From: Octopus sinensis
Taxonomy: Eukaryota
Reading direction: 5' to 3'
Length of the DNA stretch: 64,000 bases
Assembly (NCBI RefSeq): GCF_006345805.1
Contig: NC_043015.1
Coordinates: 39,122,001-39,186,000, forward strand
Positions 51,920 through 64,000 of the stretch are shown piece after piece (position 1 is the stretch's first letter; each line of letters begins with the position of its first letter). A program made the position numbers and the translations under genes. Under the pieces are notes generated by a model that saw only the letters and a program-made list of their open reading frames with translations, made no database searches and was not told the DNA's origin.

Positions 51920-52510
51920 AGACTCCGCTTACAGTCACTGTCATACAACAATATCAACACTCCGTTTACTGTCACCATCTTACAACACTATCAATACTCC
52001 GCTTACATTCACCATCACACAACAACGTCAACACTCCGTTTACAATCACCGTCACAATAATATCGACACTCCGCTTACAGTCACTATCTCACAACAGCAT
52101 TAACGCTCTGCTTACAATCAACATCACACGACAACAATATCAACACTCCGCTTACAGTCACCATCTCACAACAGCATCAACACTCTGCTTACAATCAACA
52201 TCGCACAACAACAATATCAGCACTCCGCTTACTGTCACCATTACACAATGCCAAACACCGTTTACAGACACCATCTCACAACAATATCAATTCTCCGCTT
52301 ACAATCAGCATCACACAACAGCAATGTCACCACTCCGTTTACAATCACCACCACATAGCAATATCAACACTCCGCTTACTGTCATCACCACAACAATATC
52401 AACACTCCGTTTACAATCACCATCGCACAACAATACCAACACTCCGCTTACAATCACCATCACCCCTCACATTAACAATATCATGACTCCCCTTACAGTC
52501 ACTATCATTT
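51920..52510 (+). repeat. Degenerate ~37-39-bp minisatellite (ACACTCCGCTTACAGTCACCATCTCACAACAATATCA)
   Basis: About 15 diverged copies; explains the spurious 201-aa ORF at 51907-52512. Confidence 0.85.
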
Positions 52511-52777
52511 AATCTTATTTGCTGCTAAGATTAATTTAATTGCTAATTCTACTGGCCACAACCCCCTCCCCTACACCCCACCGCACATCTCCCGGCGGAC
52601 AACAGCAAAACACACACACACACACACACTAATACGTACCCATATCTCACAAACACACGCCTACATACACATACACACACACACACACACCGCAGCCTTT
52701 TACTGTTTATTAACTATCAAACGATCGTAATCTTATTACGCTTGCACCATACACAGCTGTCGGCACACACACACCAA

Positions 52778-52818
<41 letters not shown>

Positions 52819-52965
52819 TGCACACACAGAGATGCACAAACCTACGTATTCACATGCACATATATGCGTATAGCTACCATAGATACATACACACATTCGC
52901 TTCCGTACACACTGTTTCATAAGCATTTAAACACATATGCATACAACACACACATATATATATCC

Positions 52966-53004
<39 letters not shown>

Positions 53005-53049
53005 CATATATATAAATATATGAATATATATATATATATATATATTATA

Positions 53050-53080
<31 letters not shown>

Positions 53081-54472
53081 TGTGTGTGTGTGGTACGTAC
53101 ACACCTAAACATGCACACGTACATATAGAAAGCCATACACACATACATATACATTCCGATTCACATACACAATAACACACACACGTATGTATGCGTGTAC
53201 GTATGTTCACACGCACACATACGTAAGTACATACCCAAAACACACACACACACACACATATATACACATCTCACACACACACACACATGCACACATCTCA
53301 CACAGTCCGGTCAATTTAAGTAATTTATTAATAAATCCATTATACATTAACAGTTTCAAATGAAGACAAATGTTTTAAAGCGACAATAGAAATTTTCACA
53401 GTAAACCTGTTATTGTTTTCACATAAAGAACATCGGAGAGACATTAAAATGCTTCACACCATCGCCGCCGCCGCCATCTTCGTCGTCCTTCTCCTCTTCC
53501 TCGGACTGTCCGCCATATTGCTGCGGCTCTTCTCTCTCTCTGTCGACCAATCAGTGTGAAATAAAGTCACAACTAAAAGTTTACACAAATCGTTATTGCC
53601 TAATGTATAATGTTGACTCAATTTTGAAAAATATTCTCTGATCAAAGCCATTCATTTATTCATCGATTACACCTGCTTTTTCGTTTTCATATTGTTTTCT
53701 ATCACATCGCTCAAACGAGCAATCACCGCCATCACGAGTACGACCATCGCCGCCGCCACTATCGCCACCACCGCCGTCGTCGCCTCCACCACCACCACCG
53801 CCGCTATCGGCGTCGCCACCACCATCACCCCCAGCGGCACAATCACCGCAACTACCAGCATCATTGCCACCTAAACGCCGTCACTTCCTTCGCCACCGCC
53901 ACCATCGCTCTCATCGCCATCACCATCGCCACTACGACACCACCACCACCACCATTACCACCACCACCTCCACCGCCTCCACCGCCACCACCACCACCAC
54001 CGCCGCCACCGCCACCGCCACCACCACCACCACCATTACCAGCACATCACTGCTTTTATACTTACACATCATCCTTACCGCACGATTACTGCCACCACCA
54101 CCACCACCACCACCACCACACTACAACTTCCGCCGCTATTCCCCCCCCCCGCTAACACGCAACCCTACACCACCACTATCTCTAGTACCATCAACGCCAC
54201 TACTTCTATAACCACATCATCACCACCACCACCACCACCGTCACCGCCACTGCCATCACCCTCCCCCGCTAATATTACAATGATGAAATAATATTCTGCA
54301 ATATACAACCGTTTGGGTCATCGGAAATGTCCTTCGGTTAGCAGCGGCGAAATGGCACTTTGAAACAAATGCACTGAAAGAGAAATTGTTGTGGCAAACG
54401 GAACCGCCATTTTCTTCACACTGTCAAGCAGGCTTCTGTCAGCCATTATGGGGAATGCGAATCTGTACTCAC

Positions 54473-54530
54473 CTTTTTGCATTTGACTCTCTTGTTTTCG
54501 ACACTTAGCTCGGCGGTTCTGGAACCAGAC
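54473..54530 (-). CDS. Shox: Shox 58-nt exon encoding homeodomain helix 3 and beyond (VWFQNRRAKCRKQESQMQK)
   Basis: On -, ctttacag|GTC TGG TTC CAG AAC CGC CGA GCT AAG TGT CGA AAA CAA GAG AGT CAA ATG CAA AAA G|gtgagt. Matches SHOX VWFQNRRAKCRKQENQMHK, and the phase fits the 39194 exon across a 15,278-nt intron. Confidence 0.95.
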
Positions 54531-54925
54531 CTGTAAAGATATTCACATTATTACAGTGGGCCTCGTGTAAATAACCCCCAACTTTCAGATTTCCAGCTAA
54601 ACTTAATTTATCTGTTTATTCCAGCACATTGCTGCCTTTATTAGATTAGCTTCAGTTTTTCTTTCAAATTTCTTTGTGTGTCTAATCGAGCCTCGTGGCT
54701 GATACCCAGTTGGTCAATTGCATTAGTGGCATCGTTCACGCATCCTGCTGCAGATTGCCAATGTTAACACGACTAATCCCAGATGGGTTGTTGCCAGTGT
54801 GAATGTACAGTGTAGTGTGTGAAATTTCAATTTGACGATAGTTGTATAACAGGAGAGGAGATTGTTTGAGTGAGTGCCTGCCGACGTCCGACTCATTATA
54901 GGCTTGCAAGGAAATTAAACAACAC

Positions 54926-54945
54926 AAACAACGACGACAACCCCG

Positions 54946-54987
<42 letters not shown>

Positions 54988-55001
54988 GCAGCAGCAGCAG
55001 C

Positions 55002-55033
<32 letters not shown>

Positions 55034-55070
55034 CCAACAGAATTGCGACTGCAACAACAAAAAGATGGAT
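54926..55070 (+). repeat. (AAC)n/(AGC)n trinucleotide tract
   Basis: Direct reading; gives the poly-Asn/poly-Cys ORFs. Confidence 0.9.
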
Positions 55071-55619
55071 GAACGCACATTTTTGTCGTTTTATGTCGTA
55101 TTTTTTCTCTTCTATTCTCTCCATGAACGAATGTTATTTAGGGTAAAGAGAGAAAATATAGTCACAGGAAGATAATAAAGGGACAGTGGAGGATAGAATA
55201 AGAGAGGAAGGGTCTGATGTGGACCCTATAAACTACTGTGGCTGTAAATGAACGTTTAAGGGTCATTCGAATAGTTTTCCTGTAATTCGGTAAAAAGAAG
55301 AAAAAAATCTATCTTACCGCCCCACCCCCAATTACTGTCAGAAAAAATTCTCTCTTCGACTCATCATACAACGTTGAGTTCTTAGATATACAATATTAAG
55401 CGAGGTGATGTGGAGGCATGCATGCCAGAACGGACATAAATCAGAAGTTTAGCATTTTTAGGGAAGAAGAATGTTGAGTAATTCGTTTTGGATCGTTAAA
55501 TGTGTTGTCTCCATTTAGGGCTGGGTGGGGAGTTGACGTGGTGCTGTTCATCCGTCTCCACGTTATTGACTACGGACAAATTTCAAGTGAGAAGACGTGT
55601 GTGATAACAGAACTTGTAA

Positions 55620-56028
55620 TGTAACACCACTCAAATGTGGAGTGTAACAGAAAAGTAACAGGCCAACTGTAACACCACTCAATTGTGGAGAGTAACAGAA
55701 GAGTAACGAACTAATTTGTAACACCACTCAAATATGGAGGGTAACAGGAGAGTAACAGACCAACTTGTAACACAACCCAAATGTGGTGTGTAACAGAAGA
55801 GTAACAGACCAACTTGTAACATCACTCAATTGTGGAGAGTAACAGAAGAGTAACAAACTAATTTGTAACACCACTCAAATATGGAGGGTAACAGGAGAGT
55901 AACAGACCAACTTGTAACACAACCCAAATGTGGTGTGTAACAGAAGAGTAACAGACCAACTTGTAACACAACTCAAATGTGGAATGTATCAGAAGAGTAA
56001 CAGACCAATTTGTAATACCACTCAAATG
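55620..56028 (+). repeat. 49-bp minisatellite x ~8.4 with a 147-bp higher-order repeat
   Basis: Units start at 55620, 55668, 55717, 55766, 55815, 55864, 55913, 55962 and 56011; units 2-4 match units 5-7. Confidence 0.9.
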
Positions 56029-57200
56029 AGTTTTTGATGTGACAACAGCGACTGTTGTAACATGACATGATATCGTATGTCAAAGATGTAACTGCGTATG
56101 AGATAGTGAGACATGTGTCTGTAGCTACATGTAATAGTGTGACGCAGATATGACTGTGTAAGAGATAGTGTGACATGTAACTGTAGCTATAAATAATTCA
56201 GAGCATCAAAGATGTGACTGTAACGTTAATGTAAGGTAGCCATACAATCCGCTGTGTCAGAGATGTAGCTGTATGAGATAGTGGACACGTGACTGCAACT
56301 TTATAAGATAGTGTGACACAGATGTAACTGTAGGCGCAATGGATGCTGCCCACAGGACATGTTTCTCTGATTAAAACTTTAACCGACATAAAGTTTCCGT
56401 GGCCTTAAATCACATTTGAGTTCAAATTTTACCCGAACCTTCCTGTGACAGGAAACTTCAGTCAATAATATGGACTCAAATGTAATACAATCGACTCCAA
56501 TGGCCGGTGGTGGTGGTCATGGGTGAATAAACTTCTCATTTTAATTAAATGCCTAGCTTCATTTCGTATATTGGCTAATTGCTAATTTAAGCTAGAGAGA
56601 GAGAGCAGAGGGGTGAGAGAGACGAGGGTAAGAGAGTGAAAGAAAGAGAAAAAATAAGGGAGAGAGAGAGGGGGGAGAGCAGGGGGGTGTAAATGTAATC
56701 AATTAAAACAATTAAAAAGCCCGTGTGCAAGAATTGTTAATTTCCATTTGAAGTTTAATGTGATCAACACTTTACCTTAAGTGGACGTTTTCGCAGAGTT
56801 TTCATTGCAAATTTTGTCACAATTAATTGTTTATTTAATCAATATTTTGCTTTTTAATTTAAACTAATTATTGTTTCATTATATCACCAGAAGACTCTCT
56901 CTCTTTCTCTCTCTCTCACACACACACTCTCTCTCTCTCTTCCTCTCACTCCCTCCCTCTCGATCTATATACATCAGTGTCCAGGCTCTCTCTCACCTTC
57001 TCCCCTTCTCTCTCTCCCCCTCTCTCTCTCTTATCAGCATTTTCAAAACACAGTTTCAATGTTTTACCGATTCTCAAAAAATCATTACAAAACACATTTT
57101 TCCTTCTCAAATCAAATGTCTAATTTATTAATGAGTTTAGTTTTAAAAAAAAAATTAGCAAGATTTAAGTCATTGTACAACATTTAAAGTATTTATGCTG

Positions 57201-57274
<74 letters not shown>

Positions 57275-58024
57275 CATTATTATTATTATTATTAATTGAG
57301 TAAGTATCGATTATACAAAAACAGTTCCAATCAATTTTAATGAGAAACCAATCAACTTAATTATTTTGACCATCTTTGAAAAATTGACAGCAATTCCAAG
57401 CACGTGAGGAGGACATTATGTCCGGATGTATAATGTCCACTGGGTACCTCTAATAAATGTAGGTAATGGTCAGATGGCCTGAACCTGATGTCTCTCTTTG
57501 TTTGGATTGTGGTCGAATTAAATAGATGTAGCCATTGGTCAGCTAATCTGGACACGATGTTTCCCCTTGTTGGTATTATGGTCATGCAGTTAAAAGGAAA
57601 CACTGTCCGAATTCTGACCATTGACTACATCTTTTAACCTTAACTACAACCCAAACAAAAGCTGATAGGACCAGGCTGTCTGACCATTGGCAAAAACTTT
57701 TTACTTTGGCCATTTCAGTTATATTTTCAGATATTGTTTCAACCGGAAGTAATTATTTTTGTAGATTGTTTACAACAGAAAAGACAAACATATACAATTG
57801 TCTGATATACACACACACAAACATATACATACAAATATACATACATATATACATAGCTGTTGGAAGAGCTTCCACGTGGTCGCTCGACTTTCGGGAATAG
57901 AAGCTAAATCCCCATCAATTCACATCATACCATCTAAAAAACTGACATATAGACTAGCGTATTCCTAGATATATTATGTCTAGAAATAAACTGGGTTAGA
58001 ATCTTTTTTTTTAAACCTGATATT

Positions 58025-58322
58025 TATTCTACTGGATTCTTTTTTGTCGAAGCGCTAAGTTACGGAGACGTAAATACACTAATACCGGTTGTCAGGTGGT
58101 GGAAGGGGACAAACGTAGACATAAAGACACACACACACATAAATTTACACTCGTACGCACACATGCATATTCGACAGGCTTCTTTCAGTTTCCGTCTACC
58201 AAATCCACTTACAACGCTTTGATTAGCCCGAAGTTATAGTAGAAGACACTTGCCCAAGGTGCCACGGAATGGAACTGAACCCGGAACTACGAGGTTGGGA
58301 AGCAAGCTTCTTACCACACAAC
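58025..58322 (-). mobile_element. SINE family B copy
   Basis: Both halves are present in reverse, separated by (CA)n. Confidence 0.8.
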
Positions 58323-58621
58323 CCCATGATCGACCAGATTATCGGATGTTGTTATACATCGCTAGTCACAATGCTGTACTCTTTCACCACAACTTTCTCT
58401 CACTCTTTCTTCCTGTTTCTGTTGCACCTGTATTTCAAAGGACCGGCCGTGTCACACTCTGTGTCGTGCTGAATCTCCCCGAGAACTATGTTAAGGGTAC
58501 ACGTGTCTGCGGAGTGCTCAGCCACTTACACGTTAATTTCACGAGCAGACTGTTCCGTTGATCGGATCAACTGGAACCCTCGTCGTCGCAACCGACGGAG
58601 TGCCACGATATGCATACATAA

Positions 58622-58694
<73 letters not shown>

Positions 58695-58699
58695 CGTAT

Positions 58700-58765
<66 letters not shown>

Positions 58766-59129
58766 TCATGGCTTAATCATAGGAAGAAGGTCTTGATTTT
58801 TGTAAGATTTCCTACGATAAAGATGGGGTGAGAGAAGGGCTGAAGAAATCTCAGCTTGTGATTTGACCTCAGAAGAGAAACAGTGTCCAAATACAACAGG
58901 GTGGACTCAAGACACCCAACTTTGGTCTGGTGATGGTGGTGATGACGAAGACTGCTACCCAACAACCACAATCTTCCAACCCGGTTAACATTGACATAAT
59001 TTTGCTCTCAGAGTTTGATTCAACATGAATGTATGGCAGCAGACATTTGCGCCAAGCTTTCGTACTCTAGAACTGAACCAGAAACCCCAGGATTACACAA
59101 CGAACTTCTTACCCACACGACCATATCTG

Positions 59130-59163
<34 letters not shown>

Positions 59164-60792
59164 ACACACACACACATACATGCTTACGAACACGCACACA
59201 CACACACACACACACAAATACATGCATACAAACATGCACATATACACACATATATGTACATGCATGCATGCTAGTGTGTGCATGTGCTGGTTTGTATGCA
59301 TTTGTGTGCGTGTGTGTGTCTGTGTGTGCCTGTGTGTGTGTGTGGTGTGTGCATTTCTGAGTCCATTGTACGAGTGTAGAGGTTATCGCTATTGTTATGT
59401 ATTTCATAAAATTCCCAAATGGTTGACTGGGAAGTTCCCATTGATAATGAGAAACATCCTTCCACTAGGCCCTCCCCACCCGCACATAACCGTGCTACAT
59501 CATCCAATGAACGTGTTTGTTCCTTACTGAACGCCATAATTGGAACTGCTTCCAGTTTAAACGCAAAACTCGCTGGAATCGGTAAAACCACTCTCTATAG
59601 TCAATAGCTTCATTTTCTTTCTCTTTTTATCTTCTTTCGCTACGAAGAAGAAAAATCGCAAGAATTTAGTGTGTTGCTGTCAAACACAATAGTTTTAATC
59701 TGATTGGAGCTCAAATACAGTGGCAGAACGATCACCAAGCGCCTGGACAACAGTTATCCTTCTTTTAAATGAAATTAATGATTTTGATAAGAAAAGCCAT
59801 CGCGAAATAACTTTATTAAATTAGTTGAAAATAAGGAGACAACTTATATAGATTTAATATCGATAAATAGACGGTGTTGATTTTAAACCAATACAGAAAT
59901 ACGTCTATAATTGAATTTATTAAGTAGAAGAGTGAACCCACATTAAGATATATTACCAGATTACTATATTAGCGTTTCCCCTAGAGACAGGCGAAGCGAA
60001 AGAAAGGATCTAGAGAGCTGCTGAAATGTGTTGTGAGCAGCGCTCTTACGTACGATCGACCGCCAACATGCCTCAGCCACTCGCAAAGCGTGCTGTAGCT
60101 TCCTTTTTGCATTTCTTTAAATCGTCCAATTAACATTCTAATTGCAGAATTATTTGAGGCGATTATTTAATATTTTCCTAACGGAGCATTAATCATGGCT
60201 CGCGCGAAGTAGCTTTTCTCTTCAGCCGAACGCCTCTTGCAGACTCATGGACGTTGCTAGCTGTCATGGCGGAGAGTGAACGACGGACCAGACGATGGGA
60301 GGTGTGGGAAGAGTGAGAGTAGAAGGAGAGCAGCCGCTGATTGATTGCGCAGTAGTTTTATTCTGACAACATATAATATCAGATATAATTTTTGTGTATG
60401 TCGTCAACAGTACATATTTTAATATTAGCAATAAAGTAATGTTGCTGAGCTGTTGTATTTATTTCATTTATTTCATTTATTTATTTATTGTGTCATTGTG
60501 CGCGGGTTTGGACGAGAGGACAGTCCCGTGAAAGTGTGACCGTGGTGACAAACTCTGTTACATTTTATTAGCTCTGACAGCCCCTTTCACCGACCTCGTC
60601 GTCTGTCATTGGAGTGTTAACGCGTTACCCGTTTCAAACCCTAGTCTTTCTCCCGTTCGGCTTTGTGCCAACTCTGGGACCATCAAACACAAATAAAGCA
60701 AGGATGTTTTAAGATTCTGTACATTGCGACGCGAAGTCAAGGCATGGATGTGACTATTTATGTGTATATATATACGCATGTGTGTATTCCTG

Positions 60793-60824
<32 letters not shown>

Positions 60825-60834
60825 TGTATGTATG

Positions 60835-60863
<29 letters not shown>

Positions 60864-60865
<2 letters not shown>

Positions 60866-61141
60866 TTCGGCGGGAGGACTTAAACGACATGCAAAGGTAC
60901 ATGAAGCCCAGTTACAACTACAGCCGGCTATTACCAGTAAAGGTTCTAGTTGCCAATTTTGTATAAGACATTGTAGATCTTTAACTGGGATAAAAAGTCA
61001 CATTCGATCACAGCACCAATAACAGTTAAGCTTCGTGCAATGGCCATACTCGATAACGAGGGGGTAGCCATAATGTATGTATGTATGTATGTATGTATGT
61101 ATGTATGTATGTATGTATGTATGTATGTATGTATGTATGTA
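60864..61141 (+). mobile_element. 3' end of an RTE/RTE-X-like LINE: C2H2-like C-terminus, 3' UTR and (TATG)n tail
   Basis: NSAGGLKRHAKVH..CQFCIRHCRSLTGIKSHIRSQH*, then GCCATACTCGATAACGAGGGGGTAGCCA and (TATG)n. Confidence 0.65.
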
Positions 61142-61654
61142 TCTTCGCTTTTAATTTACTGAATTCTTCCTTAGAGAAGGATTTGGTTTCTAAGAAACGA
61201 AGCCCAATCGATAAAGTTTGGATAACAACAACGCTTTTAAATATCGAACTTTCGGAAAGTCTTGGATATTTATAAATTTCGTATTAGCCGGTCTCTTTCT
61301 TGGCTCAAGAATCCTAGTGTCTTCAGACGGTGACTTAAGCATTTACTGGCATCACTAAGAGTGCCACTGATTATTGGTATGTTTGTAGGTTTGAAGGTTT
61401 TGAAGTAGTTGTCCATAAGTATTCCCTTCATCTGCAGAGTAACTGTCCATTCTCTATCACTGTACATAATATTTTTTTCTGTCCAATAACATCAAGTCTG
61501 TCATATTTGGCAGAAGTTTTGATGGGAATACCCATTTCAGTTCTCCTTGTCCTGAAAGATATACATCTATTGGCAGCGGAAATATTTTCCATGAATTTAT
61601 TTGACGGTAAGAAATTATCATAACTAAACACATTGTTATTAGCTTCTCTAAATA

Positions 61655-62180
61655 TGTTGTGTGGACACCCCCAGACGATGAAGTAGACTAGCCCAATACG
61701 TAGATATAGAGGGAGAAGTCTAGACGTCGTAGAAGACTAGCACAGGAGAGTAGCAGTAGAGAGTCGAAATTGAGTAGTTGAGACATCCGAACGTGCGACA
61801 TAACGTTGGCGACGAGGATTTCGTAGCTCACACAGCCACTGTGTAGGATTGCGATATAACAATATGACCTTGGATATTGGCCGTAGAGGAAGTTAGGATC
61901 TTAGTAACATTTTTGATGGAGTAACTGCTGACCCCATGCACAACGTCATTAACAGAAGTGTGACACTTTCGGTTGTGCCTTGGTACCTTAAGGGTTTCGC
62001 TGTCGCTTTGTCCACTTATGACTATCTCTTGTTTTGTATAATATAATAAAAAAAAAGTGACGTTCGAGAAGCGGTGTGATGGTCACGAATCGAAGAGAGG
62101 CTGAACTTCGTGGCAATATTACCATCGTTTTGCCACATTTGTGGCAAAATGTGAAAGCAATATATAGAGAAGGGAGTGTT
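61655..62180 (+). mobile_element. Putative miniature LTR retroelement (TRIM-like): ~151-bp LTR, tRNA-Ser(GCU) PBS, ~370-bp internal region, PPT
   Basis: TGTTGTGT..ACATAACG imperfect inverted termini (61655-61805), TGGCGACGAGGAT at 61807-61819, AGAGAAGGGAG at 62166-62176 followed by TGTT, then a microsatellite. Confidence 0.55.
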
Positions 62181-62224
62181 TATATATATATACACACATA
62201 CATATCTATCTATCTATCTATCTA

Positions 62225-62265
<41 letters not shown>

Positions 62266-62278
62266 ATCTATCTATCTC

Positions 62279-62311
<33 letters not shown>

Positions 62312-62500
62312 TATAATATATACATACACATACTCGCATATATATATATACATATACGTGCATACATACATACCTACATACATACACATATATATACACA
62401 CACACATGTAAACGCACACACATATATACACACTTGCATATATGTATTTATATATATGCATATATATATAATATACATGTGTGTATGTATGTATGGTATG

Positions 62501-62562
<62 letters not shown>

Positions 62563-62993
62563 GTTGTGTGTGGTGTGTGTGTGTGTGGTGTGTGTGTGTG
62601 TAGCAGTGACATACAGACAAGTAATCTTAAATATTTTATGCAGATGGTACCAAGACAAAGGCGAATCTGTTGAATACTTGTTAAGCAGTGTATATAGAAG
62701 AGAATAATACATATACAGACAGACGAGGGTGTTTAATAGAGAACTGAACAGATATGATAGGAGAAAAAGGGAGAAATTGATGTCTGGAGAGAAACCATTC
62801 TGACTTTCAGCTAAAACATAGGAATATATTTCTCGTAGAACTCTGAAGAACTTTTACAGAATCAGGAATCAGAAGCGATTTTGAATACATTTCTGGTGTT
62901 TTTCTGATTATCCAAATGTATTATCAAAGACGTTCTATCCATGAACATCCTGTCTTATGGTACTCAGGGACACTGTATTGTCTAATGTGTCAT

Positions 62994-63205
62994 TAAGGCG
63001 ACGAGCTGGCAGAAACGTTAGCACGCCGGACGAAATGCTAAGCGGTATTTCGTCCGTCGCTACGTTCTGAGTTCAAATTCCGCCGAGGCCGACTTTGCCT
63101 TTTATCCTTTCGGGGTCGATAAATTAAGTACCAGTGAAACACCGGGGTTGATGTAATCGACTCATCCCCTCCTCCAAAATGGCTGCCCATGTGGCAAAAT
63201 GTGAA
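62994..63205 (+). mobile_element. SINE family A copy
   Basis: TAAGGCGACGAGCTGGCAGAAACGTTAGCA..GAGTTCAAATTCCGCCGAGG. Confidence 0.85.
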
Positions 63206-64000
63206 ACCATTATCTACTGTGTCATTTCCTTTAAGGCAGTAAATTGTTTCTAATGGTTGTCATTTGCGGTGTTAATGCAGGTGATGGCGATGTTGGATGT
63301 GCTACCGAGGACAGTTGTAATGGTAGTTGATGTTTGTGATGTGGTGGCGGTGGTGGTTGTGTTAGTGAGGATGGTTGTGGTGGTGATGATGGCTGTGGTG
63401 GTGGTAGCGGAGTATATCTATGAAGAATGCGATATGCAGAGGAACCTGGTCAAATCGATATCGTCGACAAATTTGAATGCTATCGTTGGCACTCTGCTGG
63501 TTCTTATTTAACCATTTATCTCTCACAACGAAGCCCGCCTTTTTAAGATAGGTACTATGAAGAGGTACAATCCTTCGACACTTTAACAGCAGTGCTGCAT
63601 TTAAAGTTTATTGTGTACACAGAGAAACTGCTTCGATATATTTTGTCTCGAACCACAACACAAAGAAAAACTCCCCTGGGTTAGGAAGCATTACTTTGGC
63701 GAACATTTATCCGGCATTCTTAACATTTAGCCTCCTAAGATCTGCGAAATATTTGTTCTTTGACAAAGAAAAATTCAGGAGTAAAGGAAAAGCACGGAAA
63801 CCATGAAGAGATTGGCAGGAATAAACCAATAAGGAAGCTGGAGATTAGATCGATTTTCGGCTTAAAGGATATAAATTAACTGGTCAGGAACAGCAAGTCA
63901 AAATATATTACCCTTTGTCTGTGGAGCCCCCCCCCCAGTCGTCTCGGCGTTTTCTCTGATTCTCATCGATTTTCCCATGTGTTACAAGGAAATATTATCA

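Noticed and set aside
51907-52512. 201-aa Thr/Ser/His-rich ORF
   Set aside because: Translation of a degenerate ~38-bp minisatellite; no splice or homology support.
54531-64000. Upstream Shox exon (RSRTNFTLEQL..THYPD)
   Set aside because: I scanned the minus strand by eye for these codons and found none; probably beyond the window end.

Overview
AT-rich, microsatellite- and SINE-dense animal genomic DNA; the repeat content suggests an octopus/coleoid cephalopod (inference). Two genes face each other tail-to-tail. On +, the last two coding exons of ATP6AP2, the (pro)renin receptor (4683-4796, 6216-6413). On -, the last two coding exons of a Shox homeobox gene (54473-54530, end of homeodomain; 38875-39194, OAR domain); I did not find its upstream exons in the window. 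The rest is SINEs, RTE/CR1/RLE LINE fragments, mariner/pogo/Tc2/CMC DNA-transposon relics and satellites. The standout is 21414-25343: a non-coding ~536-bp tandem array (about 6.7 near-identical units plus an inverted partial copy) between (TA)n tracts. Every unit carries a canonical type I hammerhead ribozyme (TTTTGG-CTGACGA-GCTA..TAGC-GAAAC-AATT-GTC^CCAAAA), so it looks like a non-LTR retrozyme (self-cleaving circRNA retroelement). Further hammerhead or hammerhead-like motifs sit in Penelope-like fold-back relics, several in the Shox intron, and a TRIM-like mini LTR element with a tRNA-Ser primer-binding site lies near the right end. All structures and homologies were read by eye; no searches or folding programs were run.
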